Source: Silvanigrellaceae bacterium
GTDB lineage: Bacteria; Bdellovibrionota_B; Oligoflexia; Silvanigrellales; Silvanigrellaceae
Reading direction: 5' to 3'
DNA length: 64,000 bases
Assembly: GCA_044237915.1 (NCBI GenBank)
Contig: JBIIEI010000012.1
Span: 15,360 to 79,359, forward strand
Part shown: positions 9,887 through 19,685 of the stretch, piece after piece
Position numbering within the stretch: the first letter of the stretch is position 1
Layout: every line of letters begins with the position of its first letter
Translations under genes and position numbers: made by a program
Notes under the pieces: model-generated
What the model was told of the DNA's origin: nothing
The model's input: only the letters and a program-made list of their open reading frames with translations
The model's database searches: none

Positions 9887-10660
9887 ATGCAAAAACGATT
9901 CTTTTTTTCAATCATGTTTAAGATCTCAATTTTGGCACTTGCGCTTCCTAGCGCACAAAATTCGACCGCCTTTGCAGCTGGCACACTTACCATGGGAACG
10001 TCGGCAGATTACCCTCCTTATGAGTTTCATGATACCTCAAGCGGCAAGGATCAAATCATTGGTTTTGACGTTGATATTGCAAGAGCTATTGCAAAAGAAT
10101 TAGGCTATGAACTCAAAGTCATCGACATGGATTTTAACGGCCTTCTTTCAGCCCTGCAGGCAAAGCGCGTCGATTTAATTATGGCAGGCATGACTCCCAC
10201 CGAAGAACGCAAAAAAAATGCGGACTTTTCGGACGTGTATTATGAAGCAAAGAATACCATCGTTGCGCTCAAGGCAAACAAAATACAGAGTATTGAGCAC
10301 CTCGCTGGAAAAAAAGTTGGCATTCAGCTTGGCTCCATTCAAGAAAAAGACGCTAAGAAAATCGCCGAAAAAACCAAGGACATGAAAGTCGTTTCGCTCA
10401 ATAAGATTGGCGAAATTATTCAAGAGATCAAAGCAAAGCGCATTGATGCCGCCATTATTGAAGACACCGTTGCACGTGGATATGCCGAAAAACAAAAGGA
10501 TCTTGAGTTCCATGTCATTGCGAGCGACAGCCCCCAGGGGTCTGCCATTGCGTTTCCTAAGGGTTCCAAACACGTCGCTGATTTCAACCGCGTCCTTAAA
10601 AAGATGAAAGACTCTGGCGAACTCAGTGCGCTGGTTAAAAAGTGGTTCGACAAAAAGTAA
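9887..10660 (+). CDS. Polar amino acid ABC transporter substrate-binding protein
   Basis: Signal peptide; SBP_bac_3 pattern (GFDVDIARAIAKELG, DLIMAGMTPTEERKKNADFSDVYY). Confidence 0.8.
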   Translation: MQKRFFFSIMFKISILALALPSAQNSTAFAAGTLTMGTSADYPPYEFHDTSSGKDQIIGFDVDIARAIAKELGYELKVIDMDFNGLLSALQAKRVDLIMAGMTPTEERKKNADFSDVYYEAKNTIVALKANKIQSIEHLAGKKVGIQLGSIQEKDAKKIAEKTKDMKVVSLNKIGEIIQEIKAKRIDAAIIEDTVARGYAEKQKDLEFHVIASDSPQGSAIAFPKGSKHVADFNRVLKKMKDSGELSALVKKWFDKK

Positions 10661-10722
10661 GCTCCTCGTCCTCTTCGCTGCCGCTGTTTTATTTTCAAAT
10701 GTCATTCCACTGAGGTACAGCA

Positions 10723-11388
10723 GTGTCCTTATCATTGGATTTCGCTCAAATCGTGCCTTCGATTCCCTTTATTTTACAAGGGATCACTGTTACTTTAAAG
10801 TTTACTTTAATATCGGCAGTCCTTGGATTCCTTTGGGGCTCTGTTCTTTCGCTGTTTAAAATATCGAACATGAAACCGCTGCTTTATTTTGCAACGGCTT
10901 ACACGTCGATTTTTCGCGGAACCCCTTTGATTTTGCAGCTCACGTTGGTTTATTTCGCGACACCGCAGCTCATCGGTTACGATATTTCTGCCTTAGAGGC
11001 CGGAGTTCTTGCCTTTGGGCTCAATTCCGCTGCCTACATTTCCGAAACCATTCGCGGCGGAATTCTTGCGGTGGACAAAGGTCAGCGCGATGCTGCCATG
11101 GCTTTGGGCGTGCCTTATTCCAAGATGATGATAGACATTATTTTTCCACAGGCACTTAAAAATATTCTTCCTGCCCTGGTCAATGAATCTATTTCGCTCC
11201 TCAAAGAATCGGCACTTGTTTCTGTGATTGGCGTAGAAGACGTCTTAAGGCGTTCCAATATCGTTGCCGCAGAAAAATTTGTTTACTTTGAACCTCTGAT
11301 TGTGGCGGGCGTCATCTACTATGTGATGGTGATGTGCCTCACCTGGTTTGCAAGAATGCTTGAACGGAGGCTTAGACGCAGTGATTGA
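10723..11388 (+). CDS. Polar amino acid ABC transporter permease
   Basis: His/Glu/Gln/Arg/opine-family permease EAA-like motif (LEAGVLAFGLNSAAYISETIRGGILAVDKGQRDAAMALG). Confidence 0.8.
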   Translation: MSLSLDFAQIVPSIPFILQGITVTLKFTLISAVLGFLWGSVLSLFKISNMKPLLYFATAYTSIFRGTPLILQLTLVYFATPQLIGYDISALEAGVLAFGLNSAAYISETIRGGILAVDKGQRDAAMALGVPYSKMMIDIIFPQALKNILPALVNESISLLKESALVSVIGVEDVLRRSNIVAAEKFVYFEPLIVAGVIYYVMVMCLTWFARMLERRLRRSD

Positions 11389-12103
11389 AGTCAATGATCT
11401 TTATAAGTCCTTTGGTGATCTCGAAGTCCTCAAAGGGGTCTCGACAAAAGTTCAAAAAGGGGAAGTTGTTGCCGTCATTGGGCCTTCGGGGTGTGGAAAA
11501 TCCACCTTTTTGCGCTGCCTCAATCGGCTCGAAACTCCAACCAAAGGACGAATTCGCATCGGCGATTACGATGTGACGTCTCCAAAAACAGATATTAATT
11601 TAGTGCGCCAAAAAATCGGGATGGTGTTTCAGCATTTTTATCTGTTTCCACACATGACAGTGCTTGAAAATCTTATTTACGCACCCGTTAAAATTAAGGG
11701 ACTTTCTAAAGAAGCAGCTACTGATAAAGCACGCGAATTGCTCCAAAGAGTGGGTGTGCTTGAAAAAGCAGATGTGTATCCGGGTAAACTCTCGGGCGGA
11801 CAAAAACAACGCGTTGCCATCGCAAGATCTTTGGCTATGGAACCCGAAGTGATGCTGTTTGATGAGCCCACATCGGCACTCGATCCCGAAATGGTGCGAG
11901 AAGTTCTCGACGTCATTAAAGTGCTAGCCCATTCAGGAATGACAATGCTTATTGTGACGCATGAAATGAAATTTGCCCGCGAAGTGGCCGATAGGATCTG
12001 CTTTTTTGATTCCGGAAAGCTTGTGGAAGATGCCCCGCCTGAAGAATTTTTTACAAGACCTCAGGCGGAGCGTGCTCGGCAGTTTTTAGAAAAGATGCTT
12101 TAA
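11381..12103 (+). CDS. Polar amino acid ABC transporter ATP-binding protein (GlnQ-like)
   Basis: Walker A GPSGCGKST, signature LSGGQKQRVAIARSL, Walker B MLFDEPTSALD. GTG 11381 (VIEVNDLYKSF) preceded by GGAGG and overlapping the permease stop; the ORF track opens at TTG 11348. Confidence 0.85.
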   Translation: MIEVNDLYKSFGDLEVLKGVSTKVQKGEVVAVIGPSGCGKSTFLRCLNRLETPTKGRIRIGDYDVTSPKTDINLVRQKIGMVFQHFYLFPHMTVLENLIYAPVKIKGLSKEAATDKARELLQRVGVLEKADVYPGKLSGGQKQRVAIARSLAMEPEVMLFDEPTSALDPEMVREVLDVIKVLAHSGMTMLIVTHEMKFAREVADRICFFDSGKLVEDAPPEEFFTRPQAERARQFLEKML

Positions 12104-12690
12104 GATCCGCCGCCTGCCTTCAAAACTTCAACCTTCACGTCTTTGGTTCCAGCAGCAAAAGCGTTGATTTCTCCAACGAGATCTTCAACGGCTTCAGGGC
12201 CTGCATTGCCATCTGCATCAAAACGAACAACAAGCTTGAGCTTTTCTGGCGCAGGTGAACCCGGAACCATGACGTTCTCTTGGGTGAGTTCAAATGCAAA
12301 CGGATTTTGCTTTGGATTGTCGAGCTTTTTGACTGCAAAAGGAGCGCCGCTGGTTTCATCACGCAAGATGACAAAAACGGTTCCAATGGCATTTGCCTTT
12401 TCGAGGAGTTCAGGAGCAACCTGAACTTGGCCTGAAGCAAGAACCGCTGCGACTTCAACACTAGCAGCGGGCTGAGCTGCGGTGTCTGTGCCTGTTGTGG
12501 CTGCAGTTGTGTCTGTCGTTGTTGTGGTGGTGGTTGTATCGGTGGTCGTCGTCGTATCGGTGGTGGTTGCAGCAGTTTCAGAAGCAGGAGTTGCCGCAGG
12601 CTGCTCACTCTTCTTATTAAATGCGAAATAGCCAATTGCGATGGCTCCAATTGCTGCAACAGGAACAAGTACGTTCATCTTTGACGCCAT
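12100..12690 (-). CDS. Membrane-anchored protein with Thr/Asp-rich low-complexity linker and C-terminal globular domain
   Basis: ATG 12690 with GGAG RBS; single N-terminal TM helix; linker TTTDTTTTTDTTTTTTTTDTTAATTGTDT; C-terminal ~110-aa domain of unknown function. Confidence 0.5.
   Translation of the reverse strand: MASKMNVLVPVAAIGAIAIGYFAFNKKSEQPAATPASETAATTTDTTTTTDTTTTTTTTDTTAATTGTDTAAQPAASVEVAAVLASGQVQVAPELLEKANAIGTVFVILRDETSGAPFAVKKLDNPKQNPFAFELTQENVMVPGSPAPEKLKLVVRFDADGNAGPEAVEDLVGEINAFAAGTKDVKVEVLKAGGGS
12481..12580 (-). repeat. Low-complexity ACN/GAY codon repeat (Thr/Asp linker) within the CDS
   Basis: Plus-strand repetitive GGT/TGT/CGT tract (ggtggtggttgt… ggtcgtcgtcgt…). Confidence 0.6.
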
Positions 12691-12810
12691 GAGAATCTCC
12701 TCGAAAAACACTGCGTGAATATAGCTTTCTTGGCAACAGAACCAAGACGCGCGGCATCATACGTGAAATGATTCCGATTGCCAAATTCCCTCAGTGCTGG
12801 TCGAAAGAGC

Positions 12811-13380
12811 TTATTTCTTGCCTGCAGGAGCCAATTTTTCGAGAAGGCGCGATTTTTCTTCGGGAGTAAAGTCGATTTGGATAGTCTTGAAGAGCACTTC
12901 CACAAGGCGAATGGCATGGCTCAAAAAGGTGTTGGCAGCCTCGCGCTCTAGGCGCATGGCTTCCCAATCCGCACGGAGGGCACTGCGTTCTGCGCGCAAG
13001 GCTTCCCATTCCATCTTTACTTCCGCGCTTTCAACGCTGCTCACTGCACTTTGTTCCGCAAGACGTTGCGCCTTCTTAACATATTTCCTTTTTGGAACTG
13101 CGAAAAGAGTTTCGCCTTCATCCATACCTTCAGTCTCTTCGCCTTCATTCTCGACTTTAGGCGTTCTGCGTTCCCATTTGCGCACTTCAGAACCCTTTTT
13201 CCAGCTTTCTTTTGTAATAAAGAGATCTCTACCCACATAAACGGCCTCGAGTTCGCCGTCTTTTATCTTGCGGATAAGAGTCTTGTAAATCATGCCGGTT
13301 GCAAGAATCTCTTCCTTGTCAAGATAATCTTCCCTTGCCTTCAATCTCTGTTGGACGCGAACGCCATCAATTCTTCTCAT
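12811..13380 (-). CDS. Putative DNA-binding protein with excisionase/MerR-type HTH and coiled-coil tail
   Basis: N-terminal pattern IYKTLIRKIKDGELEAVYVGRDLFI matches the Xis-family HTH consensus; acidic linker; C-terminal heptad-rich region; AGGGA RBS. Confidence 0.4.
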   Translation of the reverse strand: MRRIDGVRVQQRLKAREDYLDKEEILATGMIYKTLIRKIKDGELEAVYVGRDLFITKESWKKGSEVRKWERRTPKVENEGEETEGMDEGETLFAVPKRKYVKKAQRLAEQSAVSSVESAEVKMEWEALRAERSALRADWEAMRLEREAANTFLSHAIRLVEVLFKTIQIDFTPEEKSRLLEKLAPAGKK

Positions 13381-13648
13381 CTGTAATTCCCTAATAATTC
13401 AGCAATAGCGACTTTTTCAATGCATCTTGTAGTAAAATTTTTAATTTTAAGAGCAAGTGACAATACCAAATCCAAATGTCTGGAGTTGCCTCTCATCGCA
13501 CAAACTCTTATCCATTGGCAAGGAAAATTCTGCGGCAAAGGACAGTCTGCTCAAGGTTGCAAATGTCCTTTTAGAATATGTCCAATCGGGTATCAAAAGG
13601 GGAAGATTGGCCAAAATAAGGCCGAGGTGTGATATTTAATGCCGGAGA

Positions 13649-14335
13649 CTAGAGGAAAAAGCCATCATCCGTGGTCCCACTGGTCCGTAAATCTTCTTCA
13701 TCTGGGAGGTAATCCTCTCCCATTGAGGTTTTGAGGATGACAGTGCGCGCATCGAGATTGGTAAAATTTTGCGCAATTTTTTTCCAAAAATTCTTGGTGG
13801 GCTCAACCTCAAAAACGATGTGGACAAGCTGATCTACAAAATCAAAATAGTCTTCAAAGCTCTTATTGATACTTTCGAGTTCTTGCCGCACACGATCTTG
13901 AAACTGTAAAGCCAAGATGACAGGCATAATATATTCATTCATCGTTTGATTGTCTGCAATGATCTGCTGCAAGCGATCGTGCAAGCATTTGGTAGCGAGG
14001 CGTGCTTTATCATATTCGGGATTGCTCGCAATGCGCTCGACTTCAACCATATCTCCGCTCATGGCGGCGTTCATTATTTTGGTCGCATTTTCGTTTAATG
14101 TTTGCTTGAGAGAAATATTATCATTCGCGTTATAAAAATGCTCTAAAGCTTCCGACAGGCCGTTTTTTTGAGTTTCACTCAGCGTGCTGATGCCTTGAAT
14201 TTTTTCCGTAATTTCAATCACTGCTGTTTCGGAGCTTTGAATAACGCGCATTAACATGGCTTTAACAATACGGACCAAAGTTTGAGACACAACGGCGTGT
14301 TTGATTCCATCTTCAGTGAAGGCTTGCTCAGTCAT
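13649..14335 (-). CDS. Hypothetical protein
   Basis: 228-aa ORF with protein-like composition; no recognisable motifs; co-oriented with the downstream HTH gene. Confidence 0.4.
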   Translation of the reverse strand: MTEQAFTEDGIKHAVVSQTLVRIVKAMLMRVIQSSETAVIEITEKIQGISTLSETQKNGLSEALEHFYNANDNISLKQTLNENATKIMNAAMSGDMVEVERIASNPEYDKARLATKCLHDRLQQIIADNQTMNEYIMPVILALQFQDRVRQELESINKSFEDYFDFVDQLVHIVFEVEPTKNFWKKIAQNFTNLDARTVILKTSMGEDYLPDEEDLRTSGTTDDGFFL

Positions 14336-14386
14336 TCAGTGGCCCTTTCGCTCAGTAATCTAAACGTTTCCATCCATGTTCTCATC

Positions 14387-15163
14387 TTACGAGTGTAAGT
14401 GAGGAATTCTTGTCGGAAAAATGACACTTGCGACGTGCCTTTCTTTGAGCAAAGAAAGCGCTTTTTCATCTGGACGCGGCATAAATACGAAAGTCTGACA
14501 GTTCTTTGGAATGTGCGATTCAAGGCCCGTAAAAACGCTCCAGTCGGGCTGCAAGTCACGTGCACGATACGTCCAAATGCCCACGGTGGGGGCATCTGTT
14601 TCAAGAATTTCAATTAAAGATTCCCTGGACTCTGCTAAGGGAATAAAGATAAGTCCTAAATCCCTGCACAGCTCTAAAAGAAATTGCAAGGTGTACCTAT
14701 CGAGTCCCCGAGCATGCACACACACACCATCAAATCCGAGCAATAAACTCTCATAAATGAGATATTCGGACTGAATAAATCCAGAGCGCATTCTGATGCC
14801 CACAGTAGAAATTGAAGGCCGTATCAATTCCTGTGCAATGCCTTCACCCACATGATCTGCAAAAAAAGAAAACGAAACATCGAGTGAATCTTGCAGCGAA
14901 ACGCTAGGGTCGGACAAACGCCATATTTTTTCTAATTCTTTGGCATAAATGAATTCTGAGAAACCAATAACTGAACCTTTGCGCAGCGCATTTTGAAAAT
15001 AAGAAAAAGAAGAGTTTCGAAAAGACGCTTTTTCGTATGCACATTTGCGGATGGATTCAAGCGAAAGTTCGCTCAAAATCTCTTCAACCAACTTGTTTTG
15101 GTATACTAAAAAGAGGTCGAGTAAATTCGCAGTTCCGGCATTTAGTGTCTTGCCGATTTCCAT
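14387..15163 (-). CDS. trpC: Indole-3-glycerol phosphate synthase-like (divergent TrpC)
   Basis: Central/C-terminal TrpC pattern (FIQSEYLIYESLLLGFDGVCVHARGLD…LGLIFIPLAESRESL…TVGIWTYRARDL). Overlaps the trpD stop by 22 nt. The N-terminal phosphate-binding region is divergent. Confidence 0.5.
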   Translation of the reverse strand: MEIGKTLNAGTANLLDLFLVYQNKLVEEILSELSLESIRKCAYEKASFRNSSFSYFQNALRKGSVIGFSEFIYAKELEKIWRLSDPSVSLQDSLDVSFSFFADHVGEGIAQELIRPSISTVGIRMRSGFIQSEYLIYESLLLGFDGVCVHARGLDRYTLQFLLELCRDLGLIFIPLAESRESLIEILETDAPTVGIWTYRARDLQPDWSVFTGLESHIPKNCQTFVFMPRPDEKALSLLKERHVASVIFPTRIPHLHS

Positions 15164-16170
15164 TCTGTATACTTTGCCTCCGCCTTTCCTAATTGCACTG
15201 CTTTTTTGGCCAGTTCAAAGCCGTCTTTTACATTGTCAACAATGCTTGCACACCACAGCACTGCACCGGCATTTAAACACACTGCATTGGTCAGTCCTTC
15301 AGAGGCTTGGTTGCGCATGACTTTCACAAAGGCTTCGGAATTTTCATCCACAGCACCACCGCGAATATCATTCATGCTTGCTTTAGGAATATTGAACATC
15401 TCGGGTGTCCAGATTTCAGAACTGATGTTCCCTTTGATGATTTTCTTCACGTGCGTGGGGCCACAAACACTCAGTTCATCGAGGCCATCTTGACTCGACA
15501 CAACCAATGCTCTTTCCCTCCCCAGTTCGGCAAGGCACTGTGCAACCACATCAAGTAATTCACAAGAATAAACGCCCATCAATTGTCCCGTGAGCGGAAC
15601 GGGATTCATAAGAGGATACAAAACATCGAGCACGGTATGAAAACCGAGGCTCTTTCGAATGGCGCCCAGGTGCTTTATGCCCGGATAAAACGAGGTGGCA
15701 TACAAGAAAGAAATGTGCCTTTCTTTCAAATCTGCGCGGGCATCTTCAAGAGTGTGAGCAAATTTCACTCCCAATGCATCAAGCACATCGGCGCTTCCAC
15801 AGCGGCTTGCCACACTGCGCGCACCGAATTTTGCCACTTCGGCTCCTGCTGCCGATGCCACAACCGCAGCCATGGTTGAAATATTAAAGGTCCCCGAGCT
15901 GTCACCTCCAGTGCCGCAACAATCAACCAGCACACGGCTTGAAGGTAACGACAGTGCCGTACCGTGTTTTAAGATGCTTTCCAATGCGCCCATCATGACG
16001 TCGAGGGTGAAGGGGATAAAGCGCAGAGCGGTGAGAATGGCTGCCATGCGCGCATCCGAAACCGTGCCGTCCAGTAAGCAGTCCATCAAGGCAGAACTCT
16101 CTTCTCGGCTGAGGTTCTGTTTAGAAATAATCTGTTCCATGACGGGAGAAAAATTTTTATCGATGATCAT
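15142..16170 (-). CDS. trpD: Anthranilate phosphoribosyltransferase
   Basis: TrpD glycine-rich motif CGTGGDSSGTFNISTMAAVVASAAG and downstream GARSVASRCGSADVLDALG. Confidence 0.85.
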   Translation of the reverse strand: MIIDKNFSPVMEQIISKQNLSREESSALMDCLLDGTVSDARMAAILTALRFIPFTLDVMMGALESILKHGTALSLPSSRVLVDCCGTGGDSSGTFNISTMAAVVASAAGAEVAKFGARSVASRCGSADVLDALGVKFAHTLEDARADLKERHISFLYATSFYPGIKHLGAIRKSLGFHTVLDVLYPLMNPVPLTGQLMGVYSCELLDVVAQCLAELGRERALVVSSQDGLDELSVCGPTHVKKIIKGNISSEIWTPEMFNIPKASMNDIRGGAVDENSEAFVKVMRNQASEGLTNAVCLNAGAVLWCASIVDNVKDGFELAKKAVQLGKAEAKYTEWKSARH

Positions 16171-17255
16171 GCTTTCCTCGAAAATATGCCGTGAGGCCCG
16201 CTTTCAACTTCCACTGGTGTTTCAGGATAAACTGGGAAGGTCTTCAAGATGACTTTTGCCATCCAAGAATCCGGAGTGGAGTCGAGTTTCCAGAATCGAC
16301 AGCAGTCTAAAAAGACGTTTGAAGGCGCTTCCATGCAAAGTATATGCGCACAATTCTCGACCCATCGGGCTTCACAGTTGGAAAGATTGTGAGCCAAATA
16401 CTGTGGAATACGCGCGGAAAGTAGCTTGTCTTCCCTTCCCCACAGCACAAGCACCGGACAGGTGATGCGGGCCACAGAACTGTCGACAAAATCTTCTGTG
16501 CGCACAGACTTCACAAGATTTCGAACAGACTCATGCTTGAGAATACGGTACAAAGAACGCTTAGAAGCGCTGCTTAATAAGGGAACACCCATATAAGGAG
16601 ACGCGCACATCAATCCGGGATACAGCGTTTGAAACTTTTTCCAGCTTAAATAAAGCAGGTTGTCTCGCAGTTGTAAGGGGCGAATTTGTGGACCTGCCGA
16701 ATTTAACAAAACCAGACTGAGAAAAAGCGCGGGCTTTGCCGCAGCCGCTTTCATGGCAATCCAGCCGCCTAAACTCAATGCGCACAAATGAACGGGCCCT
16801 GAAAAAGAAAAGGATTCGAGAAATTCGATCAAAGAATCTGCGTGCTCTGTCACCGTCATGACGGGATTATTGGCCTGACTAAATCCAGAAAAATGAAAAA
16901 GATCGGGAATAATCACCCGTTGCTTTGAGCGAAACATTTCTCCCAAAACCGAAAAACACTGACCACTTGACCCAATTCCGTGTAAAAGAACCAGCGGAGT
17001 TTCAGATGAACCCGGAGCGGAATCATAGTAGTGCATCTGTCCAAAGGCGGTTGGAACGTAACAAGATTTCAACCGTGCGACGTTTAACATTTTGCGATAA
17101 AGGACAGACAACGAGTGATCGATTTGAGACTCGGTGGCCGCAATAGCTTCCGCTTTTTCGAGGTTGCGAGCGGGTCTGATGACAAAATTCAAAAGCTTTA
17201 ATCTGATATACCGCTCGACAGCTTCATTTTCGAGCAGGTCTTTTGGAAACCGCAT
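16167..17255 (-). CDS. Alpha/beta-hydrolase fold protein
   Basis: HGIGSSG and the nucleophile elbow ALSLGG; C-terminal His (CAHILCMEAP). Confidence 0.7.
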   Translation of the reverse strand: MRFPKDLLENEAVERYIRLKLLNFVIRPARNLEKAEAIAATESQIDHSLSVLYRKMLNVARLKSCYVPTAFGQMHYYDSAPGSSETPLVLLHGIGSSGQCFSVLGEMFRSKQRVIIPDLFHFSGFSQANNPVMTVTEHADSLIEFLESFSFSGPVHLCALSLGGWIAMKAAAAKPALFLSLVLLNSAGPQIRPLQLRDNLLYLSWKKFQTLYPGLMCASPYMGVPLLSSASKRSLYRILKHESVRNLVKSVRTEDFVDSSVARITCPVLVLWGREDKLLSARIPQYLAHNLSNCEARWVENCAHILCMEAPSNVFLDCCRFWKLDSTPDSWMAKVILKTFPVYPETPVEVESGPHGIFSRKA

Positions 17256-17304
17256 TCCATCCCCTAACGCCAGCCTCCTCGAAACAGAGGAGGGCGGTCA
17301 TTTT

Positions 17305-18684
17305 CTACACTCGTTCGGATTCTGCTTCTTTCAACGATGCAATCTCAGAAAGCGCAATGACTTCGAGCTCCTGTGCCATCTGCCTGATTCTCACAATGTC
17401 AGGTCCCTCTATTGTAATACGGGCGACCGCCTCGGTGCCACTGTAACGAAACAAAACTCGCCCCGCATGGCTCAGTTCCTGTTCAAATTCTCGAATGCGT
17501 GCATTGAGTTTGACAAGCTTATCAACGGGGGGCTTAAACAGCACCTTCACATTACGTAACAACTGGGGAACCTTTTGCATGACCCCCGAAAGTTCTGAAA
17601 CCGATTTTGCGCGTCGCAGCATCATCTCTAAAACCTTGAGTGCGGCAATGATGGCATCGCCCGTGGTGCTCGAATCAAGGAACAGGATATGCCCCGATTG
17701 CTCACCGCCCAAAATGATGTTTCGTTTTCGCATTTCTTCGACAACATGACGATCTCCAACGGGCGTGCGATAAACATCGATGCCCGCTTTTTTCATCGCC
17801 ACATCCAACCCTCGGTTGCTCATCACGGTGGCCACGATGGCACTTCCATCAAGTTGCCCCGTGGCCTGCATTTCCACAGCACACATGGCAATGATTTGAT
17901 CGCCGTCGAGGACATTTCCTTTTTCATCGACAACAATGAGCCTGTCTGCATCTCCGTCTAAAGCAAATCCGATATTGGCTCGGTACTTTAAAACTTCCGA
18001 CTGCAAATACTGTGGATGCAATGCGCCTGAATCGAGGTTGATATTAAATCCATTAGGCTCATCATTGATGCAAAAAACCTCGGCACCCAGTTCCGAAAAA
18101 ACCTTGGGGGCAACCTTGTAACCCGCACCGTTGGCGCAGTCGACAACGATACGCACGCCATCGAGTTTCAATGATTTTGGAAAGCGTTCCTTTAAGAACA
18201 CGGCATATTGTCCAATGGCATCTTCGATGCGCCTTGCGCGTCCCACCAACGAAGCAGGTGCAAGTCTGGACTCCAGGGTTGGATCGTCTATCAATTTTTC
18301 GATGTACTCTTCCATGAGATCAGGAAGTTTGAAGCCATCTTTATCAAAAAATTTAATTCCATTGTCCTGGTACGGATTGTGACTGGCCGAAATCATCACT
18401 CCCGCCGTGGCACGCATTCCTCGGGTCAGGTAGGCCACGCCAGGGGTTGGAAGGGGGCCCACAAATAAAACATCGGCGCCCACACTGCACAACCCGGCAG
18501 AAAGAATTCCTTCCACCATATAGCCACTCACGCGGGTGTCTTTGCCAACAATGACTTTGGGTCTTTCCACTTTGTCACGCAACGCCAAGCCAAACGCTTG
18601 GCCAATGCGAAGAATCATGGAAGGAGTCATTGCGCCGACATTGGCTTCTCCCCGTACACCATCTGTCCCAAAATACTTACCCAT
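17305..18684 (-). CDS. glmM: Phosphoglucosamine mutase
   Basis: N-terminal MGKYFGTDGVRG; phosphoserine loop SASHNPYQDNGIKFF. Confidence 0.9.
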   Translation of the reverse strand: MGKYFGTDGVRGEANVGAMTPSMILRIGQAFGLALRDKVERPKVIVGKDTRVSGYMVEGILSAGLCSVGADVLFVGPLPTPGVAYLTRGMRATAGVMISASHNPYQDNGIKFFDKDGFKLPDLMEEYIEKLIDDPTLESRLAPASLVGRARRIEDAIGQYAVFLKERFPKSLKLDGVRIVVDCANGAGYKVAPKVFSELGAEVFCINDEPNGFNINLDSGALHPQYLQSEVLKYRANIGFALDGDADRLIVVDEKGNVLDGDQIIAMCAVEMQATGQLDGSAIVATVMSNRGLDVAMKKAGIDVYRTPVGDRHVVEEMRKRNIILGGEQSGHILFLDSSTTGDAIIAALKVLEMMLRRAKSVSELSGVMQKVPQLLRNVKVLFKPPVDKLVKLNARIREFEQELSHAGRVLFRYSGTEAVARITIEGPDIVRIRQMAQELEVIALSEIASLKEAESERV

Positions 18685-18717
18685 AATTATTTTTCCCTGA
18701 CACCATTCTGTATCTTG

Positions 18718-19665
18718 TTACTTTACCAACTGAACCGACACCTGATCGGGGTTGACGCTGACGAGGCTTGTGTTGGGTGGAATCTTGAGCAAAACTTTGC
18801 GTTCTTGCCATCCCGATTCCAGGCGCGAAGCATCAACGAAGGCACGCACATCCGTCGACTTCAAGGCATCAATGACTTCCTTTTGTCCCTGAAGCTCAAT
18901 GTCAATGCTTGCCGGACGAATCTGCAGTTCCTCCGTCGAAAGAACTTCGATGGGAATTCCCCGAAAGAGTTTCATCGCTTTTTTCTGTCCGACAATCACC
19001 TGGACGTTGATTTTATCATCATTGACTTTCATCGACGAAAAGTCTTCCAGTACAAGCTTGGTGATCACCGAAAAATTCTTGTCGATCTCTTGAATATTAA
19101 TCGGACTCGTGGAAAGCATTTCGACCTTTGAAAGCTCGCGCTGCGCCCCCACCACTTCCACTTCACTTGGCTCAACAATAACCTTTTCGACTTCAAGCCC
19201 TTCGGGAGGTGGACCTTGCAACACGGCACGCACGGCAACGCGCTTTCTGATGACGTGATCGAGTTCAATTTCGACGCTGGGATCGGGGATGACGAGCCTA
19301 TAGCGCTTGTCGAGGTTTGGAAAATTTTCTTTTGTCACTTTAACTCTGAGCTTGCCAATTTTTTCAGGGCTGACATCCAACACGCCTACAAGCTGTTCAT
19401 CCGAAGGAGGTTGCGAAAAAAGGGTGTTGGGAAGCCTCACTGTGACGTCGATGGCGCGCTCGGGGGAACCGACCACCATCACATTGGCTGCAGTAATAAT
19501 TTTAACGCGCGCAACTTTCGAATATTCACGCACCTGTTCTGAACGCACAATCATGTAAAGTACGATGGCAAATATGAGTGAAATGAGTTTCAGCCACCCG
19601 TTGTGGGTAAAGAATCTGAAAACTCCACGCACGGCAGAAGGTGATTCACTTGGCGACCAATCCAC
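18718..19665 (-). CDS. cdaR: CdaA regulatory protein CdaR (YbbR-like repeats)
   Basis: N-terminal TM helix then repeated YbbR-like beta-rich modules; sits between cdaA and glmM, the conserved cdaA-cdaR-glmM arrangement. Confidence 0.65.
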   Translation of the reverse strand: MDWSPSESPSAVRGVFRFFTHNGWLKLISLIFAIVLYMIVRSEQVREYSKVARVKIITAANVMVVGSPERAIDVTVRLPNTLFSQPPSDEQLVGVLDVSPEKIGKLRVKVTKENFPNLDKRYRLVIPDPSVEIELDHVIRKRVAVRAVLQGPPPEGLEVEKVIVEPSEVEVVGAQRELSKVEMLSTSPINIQEIDKNFSVITKLVLEDFSSMKVNDDKINVQVIVGQKKAMKLFRGIPIEVLSTEELQIRPASIDIELQGQKEVIDALKSTDVRAFVDASRLESGWQERKVLLKIPPNTSLVSVNPDQVSVQLVK

Positions 19666-19685
19666 TATTCCCTACCTTCCTTCTT

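Noticed and set aside
12135-12668. 177-aa P/Q/L-rich ORF overlapping the Thr-rich protein gene
   Set aside because: Alternative frame of the same repetitive DNA on the same strand; the Thr/Asp-linker frame has a TM anchor, RBS and globular C-domain, so this one is an artefact of the repeat.
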